A DNA stretch of 64,000 bases, taken from positions 5,860,741 through 5,924,740 of the forward strand of contig OZ037768.1 in assembly GCA_964035545.1 (NCBI GenBank), read 5' to 3'. Under the pieces are notes generated by a model. That model saw only the letters and a list, made by a program, of their open reading frames with translations, was not told where the DNA came from and did not search any database. The position numbers and the translations under genes were made by a program. The stretch comes from Bugula neritina. Taxonomy: Eukaryota > Animalia > Bryozoa. Positions 1 to 13,300 of this stretch are shown one piece after another; the stretch's first letter is position 1; every line of letters begins with the position of its first letter.

Positions 1-100
1 ATCTCCATAGTAAATGGTGGCTATGTTTAATCAACTGTGGTTTTTGCAATCTTGGATTGTAGCTATAAATTAATTGTTTTCAATGCATTATTTATTGAAG

Positions 101-3100
101 AAATGTGGAGTGTAGTTGGCTGGGAGAAGAATCAACAGAAGAAACTTCTCCCCCGCTTTGTGAATCTAAGTAAAACCATGGATCCCACCCACATTGCTGA
201 GTCAGCTGTGGACCTCAATCTAAAGCTTATGAGATGGAGACTTCTTCCAGACCTCAACCTAGAAGCCATATCTAAAACCAAATGTTTACTTCTGGGCGCA
301 GGAACTCTTGGGTGTAATGTTGCTAGGAATTTGTTAGTGAGTGGTTATACAATCTTCAACATATAAACTCAGTGTATCTGTGCATGTTATAGAATATTAT
401 AGTGGTTAGAGTGTTGGCCTAGTAAGTGTCAGGTCATGGGTTCAAATCCTGGTATGGTCATTGATGATGTCAGAGAAGGTATTTAGTCATACTCTCATAA
501 TTTCCCACAGCAGAAACCCTTAAAAACCATGTTACCAGTATGTTGAGAGGAACACTGAAAACCCTTACCACTATAATAAAGGGGTTCCCATAAGGATTGA
601 GTCTTTTAGTAACTCCTTGAGTATATATATATAAATGTATATTGTATTAGATTTTGTTATCAAGCAGCTCTAGATTTATCTTCCATGAATACTGAGTTGT
701 TTAGACTAGAATGTCTTGTATGTCACACTTCATTTATATGCATAGTGATGGATAATATTATATGGTGCAATTATGTCTGAATATATTGCTTTTTGTGCAG
801 CCACTTCATATGATACGCACGCTGTTAAACTGACTCATTATATATACAGGGATGGGGTGTTAGAACCATTACTCTGGTAGACAACTCCACAGTCTCTTTC
901 TCTAATCCTGTTAGACAATCTCTCTTCACATTTGAACATTGTCAAGATGGAGGTCTACCAAAAGCTGAGACTGCAGCACAGAGCTTGAAACTGATATTCC
1001 CTGGAGTGGTAAATTGTCTTCACATGCTTTGTAATAACCATTACAGCACACTACTGTTTCATGTTATAATGATGATGAAACCCTACTGTTGGAAAATTGC
1101 ATCAACTTATTATACTATGAATCTAGAAGTTTTTTTAATTTTCAAGAACACAACACATCTTTCCCTAATCTGTGGACGAATAAAAGTAAAGCTGTGATCG
1201 AAAGTTATGAAATTATTGTACTACTTGCATAAAATGTTTGATAAAGGATGCAAAGGGAGTGTCGCTCACTATACCAATGCCAGGGCACCCGGTGCCAACG
1301 AATGCCGTAGAATCGATAAAGAAAGATGTGGCTGTTTTAGAGGAGCTGATTAGCGAGCATGATGCTGTATTTCTGCTGATGGACTCCAGAGAGAGTCGAT
1401 GGTTACCAACTCTTGTTGGAGCAGCAAAGAATAAAGTACGTGTAACTACTAAATGCTAATATATGCAATTTTATTATGTACTTTAATTTAGAGGCTCTGC
1501 AGCATAGGGTAAGGATGTAAATTTAAAAAAACTGGTGTGCTGTATAAATATTGCTTTTGTACTAAGATTATTTTTTGTACACTTATTAAAGCACCTGAGG
1601 TAAGGAGTGGAAGAAGGGACTGTCTGTCTGTTTGTGTTATTCACTTTTTATAGATAGTTTTGACGGCTGCTATTTATATCGATAGCCAATGTTGTCTACT
1701 TAGCTGTTGCTGACTTGCTAATACTATCAACTACATCATATTCCACTATTTATTTTTTGTAGATAGTGTTGACGGCTGCTCTGGGCTTTGACTCATGGTT
1801 GGCAATGAGACATGGTAGTTCTGACTGCTCAGCATCTGCTGCTGCTGCTACTGCCGACGCTGCTGCCGGCTCATTCAAAACTAACAAAGTAATTCCCGGA
1901 ACAGACCTTGGCTGTTATTTTTGTAATGATGTGGTGGCTCCCAGAGATGTGAGTGTTATGACTTGTAAATTATATTCCATTTATATATTATAGTTGTTGA
2001 TTTGTTGCACAGTGTTTCTGTAAAGCTATGATGTTATAAACTGTTTGATCTATCTGGATTTACCCCAAGTTTATGTAATGGTTTATTATTAACAGCTTCT
2101 GTGTAATATGCAAAATTTTTAAAAAAAATGTGTTTCATTACATTAAAGTCCTGAAAACTGGTTTGATACATCAAAAGAGAAATTTAGTTACTCACCTCTA
2201 TTAAGCTTAAGTCGGCGAGTTTCTGGAAACATAGTGTTTAGATGCTAACATTTGAAATTTCTCCAGTGCTGCAACTGCTATTGAAAACAAACCATCAGTA
2301 TTTTGGACTCTACTATTTCATCTAAAGACAAACCATTAGCGCCATCAGTAGTTTTGACTGTACTACTTTATCTGATGCTGTTGTATTCAAGTGTTTAGAA
2401 TTGTTATAAGTCGTTTCCTTGCTCTAAATGAGTTGTGACGTACACATTGTATATTGTAGTCTACTAGAGACAGAACACTAGATCAGCAGTGTACTGTGTC
2501 TCGTCCTGGACTATCTATGCTGTGCTCTGCTCTAATTGTTGAGCTTTTAGTATCACTTATTCAGCATCCCCTCAGGTATAACAGTATACTCTTTCTTGTC
2601 TCTGTTAACAGACGAAGTATTCAAAATTTTGCCATAAAATACTCATTTCAATTGTTGGTTTTATTTAAATACTAACTTGTTAAAATGTTTTGTAAGCTTA
2701 ATAAACGTGTTTCATTTACATGATACTTTAGATGGTTTGTGGTGTTTATGTAAAGTTGTATAATTTTATTTTATTATTTTCTTTAATTATTTAACATCCG
2801 CAACAAATCTAAGTGTTGACAACTCCTAAATCCTTTTAGGAATGGTGCATCTGCTTACTTATCACTCAACGATGCAGATAATGAAGAAGATGACCAATGC
2901 ATTCTGGGAATTTTACCACATCAAATAAGAGGCTATCTCTCGAATTACCAGATGATTTTACCTGTCAGCAAAAAGTTTAAGAATTGCACTGCATGTTCTG
3001 AAACAGTCAGTGAATCTAATTTATCTTATTTTAATAAACAATACACGTTATTCAGTTTATCATTGTGACCTGCTTAAGTTTGATTGAAGTTAGTAATTAG

Positions 3101-3771
3101 TGTAGCTTATGTAAAATACTTCTGGCAAAGTATATTTTTGATGGAAGTTTACAACTGGCAGATGTAATACTGCCCAACTGTTGGTGGTAATGTTTAATCA
3201 TAGGTAAATAATATTGTGTCGGCTTATGATTTCTGCAGGTTGATACTAGAGCGAAGTCATTTTTATTTCGATGAAATTCTGTTTTAGATTGTTGATCATT
3301 ACAAAGAACGAGGGTTTGATTTTCTAATGAGTGCTTTTAATGATGCCAAAGTCTTAGAGGAGCTTAGTGGTTTACAGGAACTTCATGTAGATCCTTTGGT
3401 AACGGAGGTATGAAGTTTTAAGCATTCTAGCAAATTTTATTAATCGTAATTTGTATTTTTAATATAATTTTAGTGTTTTAATTAAATTCTGATAAGCATG
3501 TTATAAAACTGGTTTACATTATAGTTATTGTTTTTATACCTTCAGAACTTATAGCAACAGAATGGATGTAGCCTATAATGTAGCTTAAAAAGCAAATGAA
3601 ACAGTAAAAATTGTGTTTATATACTCTCTAAAAGTCAATTGAGCATTTGCATAATATTGCAAGCATTTTATTTTCTCTTTGCAATTGTTTTCAACAGATT
3701 TTGAGAGAATGCGTTAATGTGTGTATTTACAGGTTCTCAGTGATTTTGATGGTGAAGAAGATGATTGGTAA
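101..3771 (+). CDS. ATG7: E1-like ubiquitin-like modifier-activating enzyme ATG7, 3' part (5' end lies upstream of the window)
   Basis: Phase-consistent exons 101-336, 850-1008, 1247-1435, 1763-1948, 2460-2575, 2840-3005, 3288-3407, 3733-3771. They encode [57 protein letters not shown] (catalytic Cys) and CTAC, ending [18 protein letters not shown] near 3987. Confidence 0.97.
398..610 (+). mobile_element. tRNA-derived SINE-like element, copy 1 (ATG7 intron)
   Basis: A-box-like TAGTGGTTAGA and B-box-like GGTTCAAATCC. The downstream body (CATTGATGATGTCAG...AGTCATA...AAAACCCTTACCAC...AGGGG) aligns by eye with 43890-44100. Confidence 0.7.
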
Positions 3772-4637
3772 ACCTCAGAGCCTTAATTTATACATTTAAT
3801 AGAATATTTCTTATGGCAAATTATGGCAAAGTTGAATACACTTTCTACTTGGTGGAGTTTCAACATAATACTTTATTTCTGAATTTTATGTAATTTATTT
3901 TTCAATCTTATTTAATTGTTGAAATTTTATCTGAAATGTTTTTCTGTATTTTGTAAAATGCGTTTATAGATATACTATAATTTAGCAATAAAATCTGTTA
4001 TTGTAATATCACACAGTTTTATGTAGACAAACATTCGAAAGATATCAGTTGCTCTGAGAGATGCTGCGTCTTTCCAGAAAAAAGATTAGGAATTGTATGT
4101 GCGGAATTATCTCCCCTATGCAAACAAGTGTAAGAAGACAGTTCTGCACTTCGTATAAATTTATTTGTTTAGATGTAAATTATGATCCCACTTTACTTAT
4201 TGACAATAATAGCAATTATAATTACTTTACTTTTTACAACCTACGATTGTAAATGTATAATTTTCGTTTTGTCCAACTATGCCATAATAATTGAACTACA
4301 GTAGTCAATGGAATCATAATACAGAGGTTACAACGTGACCAATAGCAGCTGTAACAAAATGAGTTTTTCTTCTATTTTTTTTAACACGGTAGATCATAAA
4401 AAATTATTAAGTATTTAAAACTTACGCTACAAATGATAAATGACAAGATTAGTTATATAAAGAGTTCATCATAATTATACTGGTTAGCTACTCGTATTAT
4501 CGAAGTGTTTAAATTCTGACCAATGCAACTTCGTGATCACTTCCGACTTAGCTGATCAACCAGGCGCGTCGTGAACCTTAAATTTAATAAATTTTGGTAA
4601 TTGGTAACAATTGTTTTTCGCCTAACAACTTACCTAA

Positions 4638-6065
<1,428 letters not shown>

Positions 6066-6884
6066 TTGTTCAGATTTTTTTTTATGGCAATATGATAGTT
6101 TAAAGTCAACCGACATTGTAAGTGTTACAATATTTGTTTTGTTGAAATTAATATACTTGAATTCTGTTTCAGATACTAGACTGTTACTTTGCAGTTTATT
6201 TTTATTTTTGTAAGTGCAAATTCAGTTGTAGAAACATGGTTTCCTATTTTAAATGATTTATCAATATTATGCCCTAATAAATATTTTACTCTATAACAAT
6301 ATAATTCTTGTAAGACTAGAAGTTATACTCTTTTTTTCCGTTTAGTTTTATCAAACAAGTTTGAAATGTAAAAGTAATATTAAGCAGAAACTTTGTTAAT
6401 AATGATATACAGAGCACAAGTTGATCATTAAAATGAATAAAAAAAAACTTAAAGGATATTGTAAATTATGATAATTGACTTGAAATATAATTAACTATGA
6501 AAATCACACAACATTTGATGTGTGTGTAATTGACATAATATTATCATGCTTTACTTTCAAGAACTATAGACTGACAAGATTGAATAACTTGTGGGTTCAG
6601 ATTTCAGCGCTAACGTGAGATCTTAAGATTTGGTCATCAACTTCAAGACATTTAACGAGCCAATGTAAAGCTTTTCAGATCTCCTTGTAAGTTAGAAGCT
6701 TAGAGCAAGTTGAAATGAATAAAAGCTCTATTCGATAGAGATAAGACTTAAGAGTGAAGTGTGCTTAGAAAGGGGATGTGATTCATAAATGCTGTCTGGC
6801 TCTGATTACACCAGCATTGCATAGGCGAGGAAGACAACTCATAGGATGTAGCGCTGGCATCATTGAACTATAAAATATATCCAG

Positions 6885-6995
6885 TTCATTGGCTGGCATC
6901 GAAACGGTATAAATAGCTATTCCATTTCAATGCCAGAGTTATCGAGACCTTCATTTGGATTGGCTGAAAGTTGTCATTGAAATTTCAAATTTCGT
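6885..6995 (+). promoter_or_regulatory. Putative UBE2C promoter: two inverted CCAAT boxes, a TATA-like box and a CHR-like element
   Basis: ATTGGCTG at ~6888 and ~6959, TATAAATA at ~6908, and TTCAAA (reverse TTTGAA) at ~6984. This resembles the NF-Y + CHR layout of G2/M genes. Confidence 0.5.
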
Positions 6996-7189
6996 CCCAA
7001 CGAAATTTCTTTTTCTTTGCCTTCAAGTTTAAGTTAAGCAGTTCTTCTTAGCATCTCAGTCTGAGTAATGATTTTATTAGCTTTATTTGTAACCTTAAAA
7101 GGCTCTAATTTTTCTAGTTACGTGTCACATTTGGTTTTAGCTCGTTATTATTTTTATAGTTATACCAATATTTTCTTTTGAGCTTTAGC

Positions 7190-7640
7190 CAATACTTATA
7201 CTTATACTTATAGTTATAGTATCAGTTATACTCATACTTATACTTATAGTTATAGTTAATGTTATACTATGTCACAATGACAATGTATCAGTATGAGTAT
7301 GTCTATAGTATTACTATTACTATTAGATTAGTATTACTACTAGCATTACTGTTAGTATTGCTATTGGTATTAGCATAGTCATAGTGATAGTGTTACACTT
7401 ACTGTTAGACTTAGTGTTGGTACCCGTACTGGTAGTGGTATGTGATCGTGATCATGATGCTAATTATAATGAGAATAATGACTAATGAGATGATTAATAT
7501 TATGATTATCATTATCGTTATGATTATGATTTAGCCATTCAGGTTATGTACTACTAACTAAGTCTAAGGCTTTAACTTTGTTGCCTAATCTTATAGTTAT
7601 ACTTATATACTACTAATATTACTACTAGTACTAGGGTTAT
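7190..7640. repeat. Degenerate 3/6-nt periodic low-complexity tract (putative first intron of UBE2C)
   Basis: Runs such as ATACTT-ATACTT-ATAGTT-ATAGTA, ACTATT-ACTATT-AGATTA and ACTGTT-AGACTT-AGTGTT-GGT. Confidence 0.75.
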
Positions 7641-7717
7641 AATTTTACCACAGCATCTCACAAAATGATATTTGTCAGTTTTTATATATAACATATTTTG
7701 TAGCGTAAATATAGAAG

Positions 7718-9154
7718 ATGTCACAAATGGCAACATCTGCTTCTACTGGAAGAAAGGAAAACCATTCTGTTAGCAAACGGTTTGTAGTTTTCCTAGAATT
7801 ACATATCTTATAAAATATCTGTCTCGTACGTGCAAAAAATAAATCAATACTGGAAAAATATGCCCTAACTGTGCTTTTTTCTTATATTTTCTTTCTGATT
7901 TAACTGGCAATAGATATTTTATGTTGTATGTATTTTCATATTGTGCTTATATTGACATTTAGGTTGCAGCATGAGTTGATGACCTTAATGATGAATGGAA
8001 GCAAAGGTATATCTGCTTTCCCAGACGGTGATAACTTGTTTAAATGGATAGGGACGATAGAAGGTCCGGATGAAACAGTAGGTTTATATGTTCAGTCACT
8101 ATTCAATCTATATCCAAGCAAATAGTTCATGTTTTCTCGACTAGTATAACTCACATATGTAACCTGTGATATTCAATTCTAGGTGTATAGTGGGTTAACT
8201 TACAAGTTATCTTTGGAATTTCCCTGTGACTATCCGTACACGGCACCTACAGTAAAATTTGTTACTGACTGCTTTCACCCGAATGTGGATAAATTTGGGA
8301 ATATCTGCTTAGATATATTGAAAGAGAAGTGGTCGTCAGCTTATGATATCAAGTCTTTGCTTATGTCCATTCAAAGTCTATTAGGAGGTGAGTCTGCTCT
8401 TGGGTTAAGAAGACTGTAGATTTTTGCCTTTTTCCAATTGTCAATACCTTTAGAAGAGTAATATCACTTATCTTTTAAAATGCAACTGTATTTCTCACTT
8501 TACAATAGATCTGTGCTAATTTCACTCTGCCTTTTGGGCAAATGTTCTCTTCTTCAACCTCGGAGGCGTATACTAGATGACTGGTACTGAGATTTTTTCC
8601 AATTACAGACTAGAATAAAGACTATTGTATAAATTGTTATTGCTAGGTTATAAACCCCTTTATTTTCTCACCAATTGTTCAACAGTGTAGCACCTCTTGT
8701 TACATAATTACTATGTTTTGTGTAGTTCAATCTGCTAAGAGGCTTCTCATTTATAAATCTTGCTCTGCTGTAGTACAAATAGTTAATAAACCTGTATCTG
8801 AAATTGTTACTTAACTGTATAATTTGATGAATGCTAAGACTTGATAATGCTATAAATTAATGAGAAAAAAGTTCATACTAGCTCTCAGTTGATCGTAGGT
8901 TAACTTGGTACATCTGCAGTAAGTGAGTATGATAGATCTCTGTGGCAATGACAAGCTCAATGTATTATTGAATTTCTCTTAATGGTGTAACTAGTGCTGT
9001 GGGATTAACAAATGCTTCTGCCATTTTAGAGCCAAACAATGAGAGTCCATTGAACACACATGCTGCAGAGTTGTGGTCTCAGAAAGAAGCGTATAGAAAG
9101 TACTTACATGAGAAATACGCCAAGAGTCAATCATCTGACGCTAAATCTCAATAA
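7718..9154 (+). CDS. UBE2C: Ubiquitin-conjugating enzyme E2 C (APC/C E2)
   Basis: Exons 7718-7779, 7963-8077, 8183-8387, 9030-9154. They encode [50 protein letters not shown] (active Cys) and [19 protein letters not shown]. Confidence 0.96.
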
Positions 9155-10384
9155 CCAGCAGTGTGCTTATAGTATATATAATGTAGATATCCATTTTATC
9201 TGATTTTAGTTTTTAAAGCTTTTTTGTATATATTATATATAGTTTATTAGTAGTATACTGGTATAGTTATAAGAGAGATCTATCAATGGAAAATCAAACT
9301 GGTTTATCTACACATCTTTTTATTTCTTTATGCTGGTGTATTTGCTACAATTTTTATGTGATATCAGCTTTTTCTTGAGTTGTGAATTTAAATCTCACTC
9401 TAGACATTAAATGTGAATTATCTGGCAATATCATATTTATAAACATAAGCAACATAAAAATTTAATAAAACAATAGTTGTATTTTTTGAACAAGAAATAA
9501 TGTGCTTGAGAAGTTTTTCTTCTTTCTTGATGAATCTAATAAAAGAATAGGAATTGTCAACTCTCACACAAAACCTGCTTGCAGGATCATATAACTGCCA
9601 TTTTAATCAATAAAATCATGCATATCTAAATGAAGATGTATACCACTTGATAATCTCTTGGAAAAAGAATGCATGCATGCTTGTGTGGTTCTAAAAATTG
9701 TGTTAAATTCTATTGTCAATATTTATAAAATAAGGCTAATTTTTGTATCTATGGTTAGATTAGCATAATTTTGTTGCTTTAGAGTTACAGTGTCATTTTA
9801 AACTTGATTTTTCACAAATCCCTAAACTAGATGAAATGTTAAAAATGAAAAGATTTATGGAATGTTTGGTACTCAATATAAAACAATTGTTTGCAGTAAA
9901 CATAGATCACAAAAACTGATCGTATTTTTAAATGCTTTATGTAATTCAAGCATATGCATAAAGTGTGTATTATAAATAAAACATTATATAAAGTCGAATT
10001 CGGCTGCAAGTTTATAAAAAAAATTATAATTTATATTTGCACTAGCATTTTTTTCCAAATTTATAAATCAACAGCTTAGTAAAAGATCTAACACTCGAAA
10101 CTCATATTTAAGTTATGTCTATGAAGATAAAATTGGTTCATGCAAGCAGTGATATATGAGATTAATTTGAATAATATAAAATTGCAAACAAAAATCTTAC
10201 TACATATATGTGAAAACTTTGGTGAGTATAAATAATATACTGTTACAAAAGAACTTTGAACAGATTGGCAACAAAATAATTATAAATATACAACAAGTTT
10301 ATAAAAATTATTTGTACCAAAAAAGCTAGCATGGACATTAATTTTAGAAAGAATATATCAAAATAGAACCACTAAAGTTTATTC

Positions 10385-13300
10385 CTAAGCTAAAGCTTTC
10401 TTTTTCTTCATCTGCTTTTTGTGCTTCAACTCTGCCACAGCATTTTCCCTTTCTCTCTGCCTTACATCCTTTATTGCTTTGCTTTTTTCATGAGCTCTAG
10501 TTATTATCTTTTGAGCATTCATTGCGTGATCTTCAGAAGAATCCTGTGCCTAGTTAGAGATCAATTTAAATGATACAAGTTCGTGTATCAAAATTTTGTA
10601 TTTTAAAGCAGTAGAATAATCAACAGTTGTAAACTGCTCAGTGGAAGTAGTCAGCATTTCTGTGTGGAAACCAACAACAATCTCCCAAATTTACGAGAGA
10701 ATAATTTGTTGGACAATGATTTGTAACATGATGAGAAAGAATAATTCCATCTATGCTGTCAAAACTCCAACAATATCACATTAGCATGACTAAAACATGT
10801 AGTTATCACTTTTCATTTTCCAGATTAGTCATCATAAAAGAAAATGCTAAAAACATTTTTTTGTGTATATCATAAGTAATTACAAACCTTATATGTTGGC
10901 TTATCTTTGGGTTCCTGGGGAGCTTGTAAGCTGGCATTGCTTAGTCTGGTCAAGTGCTGCTCCATTAAGGCTTTGAACTGCTCATGTGTCAAGTTTCCAG
11001 AATTAAACTTGTCTTTCAAATCCTTAAAAAATTCAGCTTCAAAGTCTCCAGTCTGCAAAGAAAGGAAACATTATAAAATATGTCTTTATATATCCAACAT
11101 GACATAATCTATACCTTGGATATGTATTCAGATTACTAATTTAGTTAATACGCTATATTTCACATTTACATAACATTAACTGTGGCAGTTCACCAAACAG
11201 CATACATCATAAAACTATCGCAAGTTTAATAACAAGTTCCACTTTTGAGAATATTACATTTATAGCTTTTATGTCTCTGATAATTTATGCTACTTTAAAT
11301 CATTTGATTTGCATTTCAAGCAATGAAAAGACATACTGAATTTAATATTTATAGTAGGGGTAATGGGGGCACAACGGGCCGAATTTTGCATTTTTTGCTC
11401 TAATTCGTCTGTTTTTCAAGTTACTAATTCAATAATCTCTAGTCTTAATGCTGCATCTGTTGTCTATTACAGGTATCAGTTTGTTGTTTCTATCTCTTTC
11501 ACAACTTTCAGAATAATGAAATTTTCATGACAAAAAAATCGGCTCATTGTGCCCCGGTACCGGGGTACAATGGGCCACTGGGTGGGACACAACAAATATA
11601 TTGAAACTTTGCAGATTTTGTTGCATCTGATCTTTATTTATTTAATATTACAAACAAATAAAAATATTCTTTCAGATCTAAAGCAAAATTCATGTTTTAG
11701 CTGTACAGTTTGTGCCATCACGGATAGCAGGGAAGGCAAAATCAAACGCACATCACTCAGTTCTACGGTGCCATTATCATTACTGTTTAGAACTAAAAAT
11801 GTTTTTTATTTACACTTCAGAGGAACTTTTACTAGAAAAAAACTTTAGTAACATGTACTACAAAATTCTGAGTGAACTTTTTTCTATGCACTGTAGCTTA
11901 TAAGGTGCATGGCTGAGGTTTGTGGCTGGAGTACGGAAAGGAGAGGGGGAAGCGAATGAGCAAATCACAATTTATTTTAGTCAATTACATGTATATTCCC
12001 TCAATGATAAAATGTATAATGAATATCATGACTATCTACTAGTGGCAACAGCAGAGTGTTTTGTATTATGTATAAAATGGCAAAGCTTTAACCTCACCAG
12101 ATGTATATATTAGGGGAACTTCACCTTGTTGTTTGGTAGTCTTACCATGATGTCTTTGATATTTTACAAAAAGGTCAGAAATGGCTATATCTATAGATTT
12201 TAGTAACATTTCAACAAAAATTTTGGGCGAACAAACTAATAACAGTGATCAGGGTACAATAATCAGGTGGCCCATTGTGCCCTGGTCAGCGTGGCCCATT
12301 GTGCCCGGATGGCCAAATTTAACATAAATGTGCCTCAAGGAAAATTTATTTTAGAGCTTGCTGTTATACTAGTTAAGCAATGTAGAGACAAGCAATGGCA
12401 ACAATATCAGTAAAATTTAGGCTTGTTGCCTTTGAGTTTAAAAAGTTATAAAGCTTTAACGACGTCTTAAAAATTTTACAAAAAGTAGGTGAAAACAGTT
12501 TTTCTCTCGCCTTTTCAACACGTATGTTCCGCAAGTGTTGAAACTACAAAGGCTGAAAAATTATGTCAATATCTTTTTATGAAAAAAAAATCACTACTTC
12601 AAGTCAATAAGTTCTCTCACAATTTGGCCGGCTTTTTGTACCCCTATGACCGTTGTGCCCCGTTACCCCTACTTATAAAACTTTTAAATACCTTTTTTCC
12701 CTTGCTTGATATTTGCTCCTCTTTCATCTAAAATTAATTTACAACTGAAATGTAAAACATGGCAATAAACAAACTATTATATAACTGTTATACATTGGAT
12801 ATGCTACGGTATTAAAGGAGTCCATAGCCTAACGTTTTTCTATTCTAATTAAAATAAGTCGAGAGTTTTGTCATACATCTAAAAGTCTAAAAAAGACACA
12901 AAGCCACTGCCAAGGCTACCGTAAACTACCACATATCAACTAGCTACATTGCCATTGTAATGTAACAGTTTGAAAAGATATTAAACAATTTTACTGATAA
13001 TGTTTCAACAGCTAAAATTTTACATCACCTTCGCATTTCGTTTTTCTATCAGCTGTTTTCTAATTTTTTCATTTTGTCTGACTTTTTCAATATTTCTTTG
13101 CCTCAAGATGTCTTCTTGCCGCTGCCGAGCTTCCTTCAGCAAAGCACTCATGTCTTTATCAGTTATCCTACTTCGGTGCTTTAGAAACTTGTTCACAACT
13201 TTTTGCTCAATTTCATCCAATTTCCTTTCCGTTTCTTCATCTAAAGTTTCAGCATCTTCTTTATCCTGCTGCATGCATAGCAAAACTAACAACGCATAAA

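Noticed and set aside
11549-12731. Short ORFs inside the TIR element
   Set aside because: No DDE/HTH transposase features; chance ORFs.
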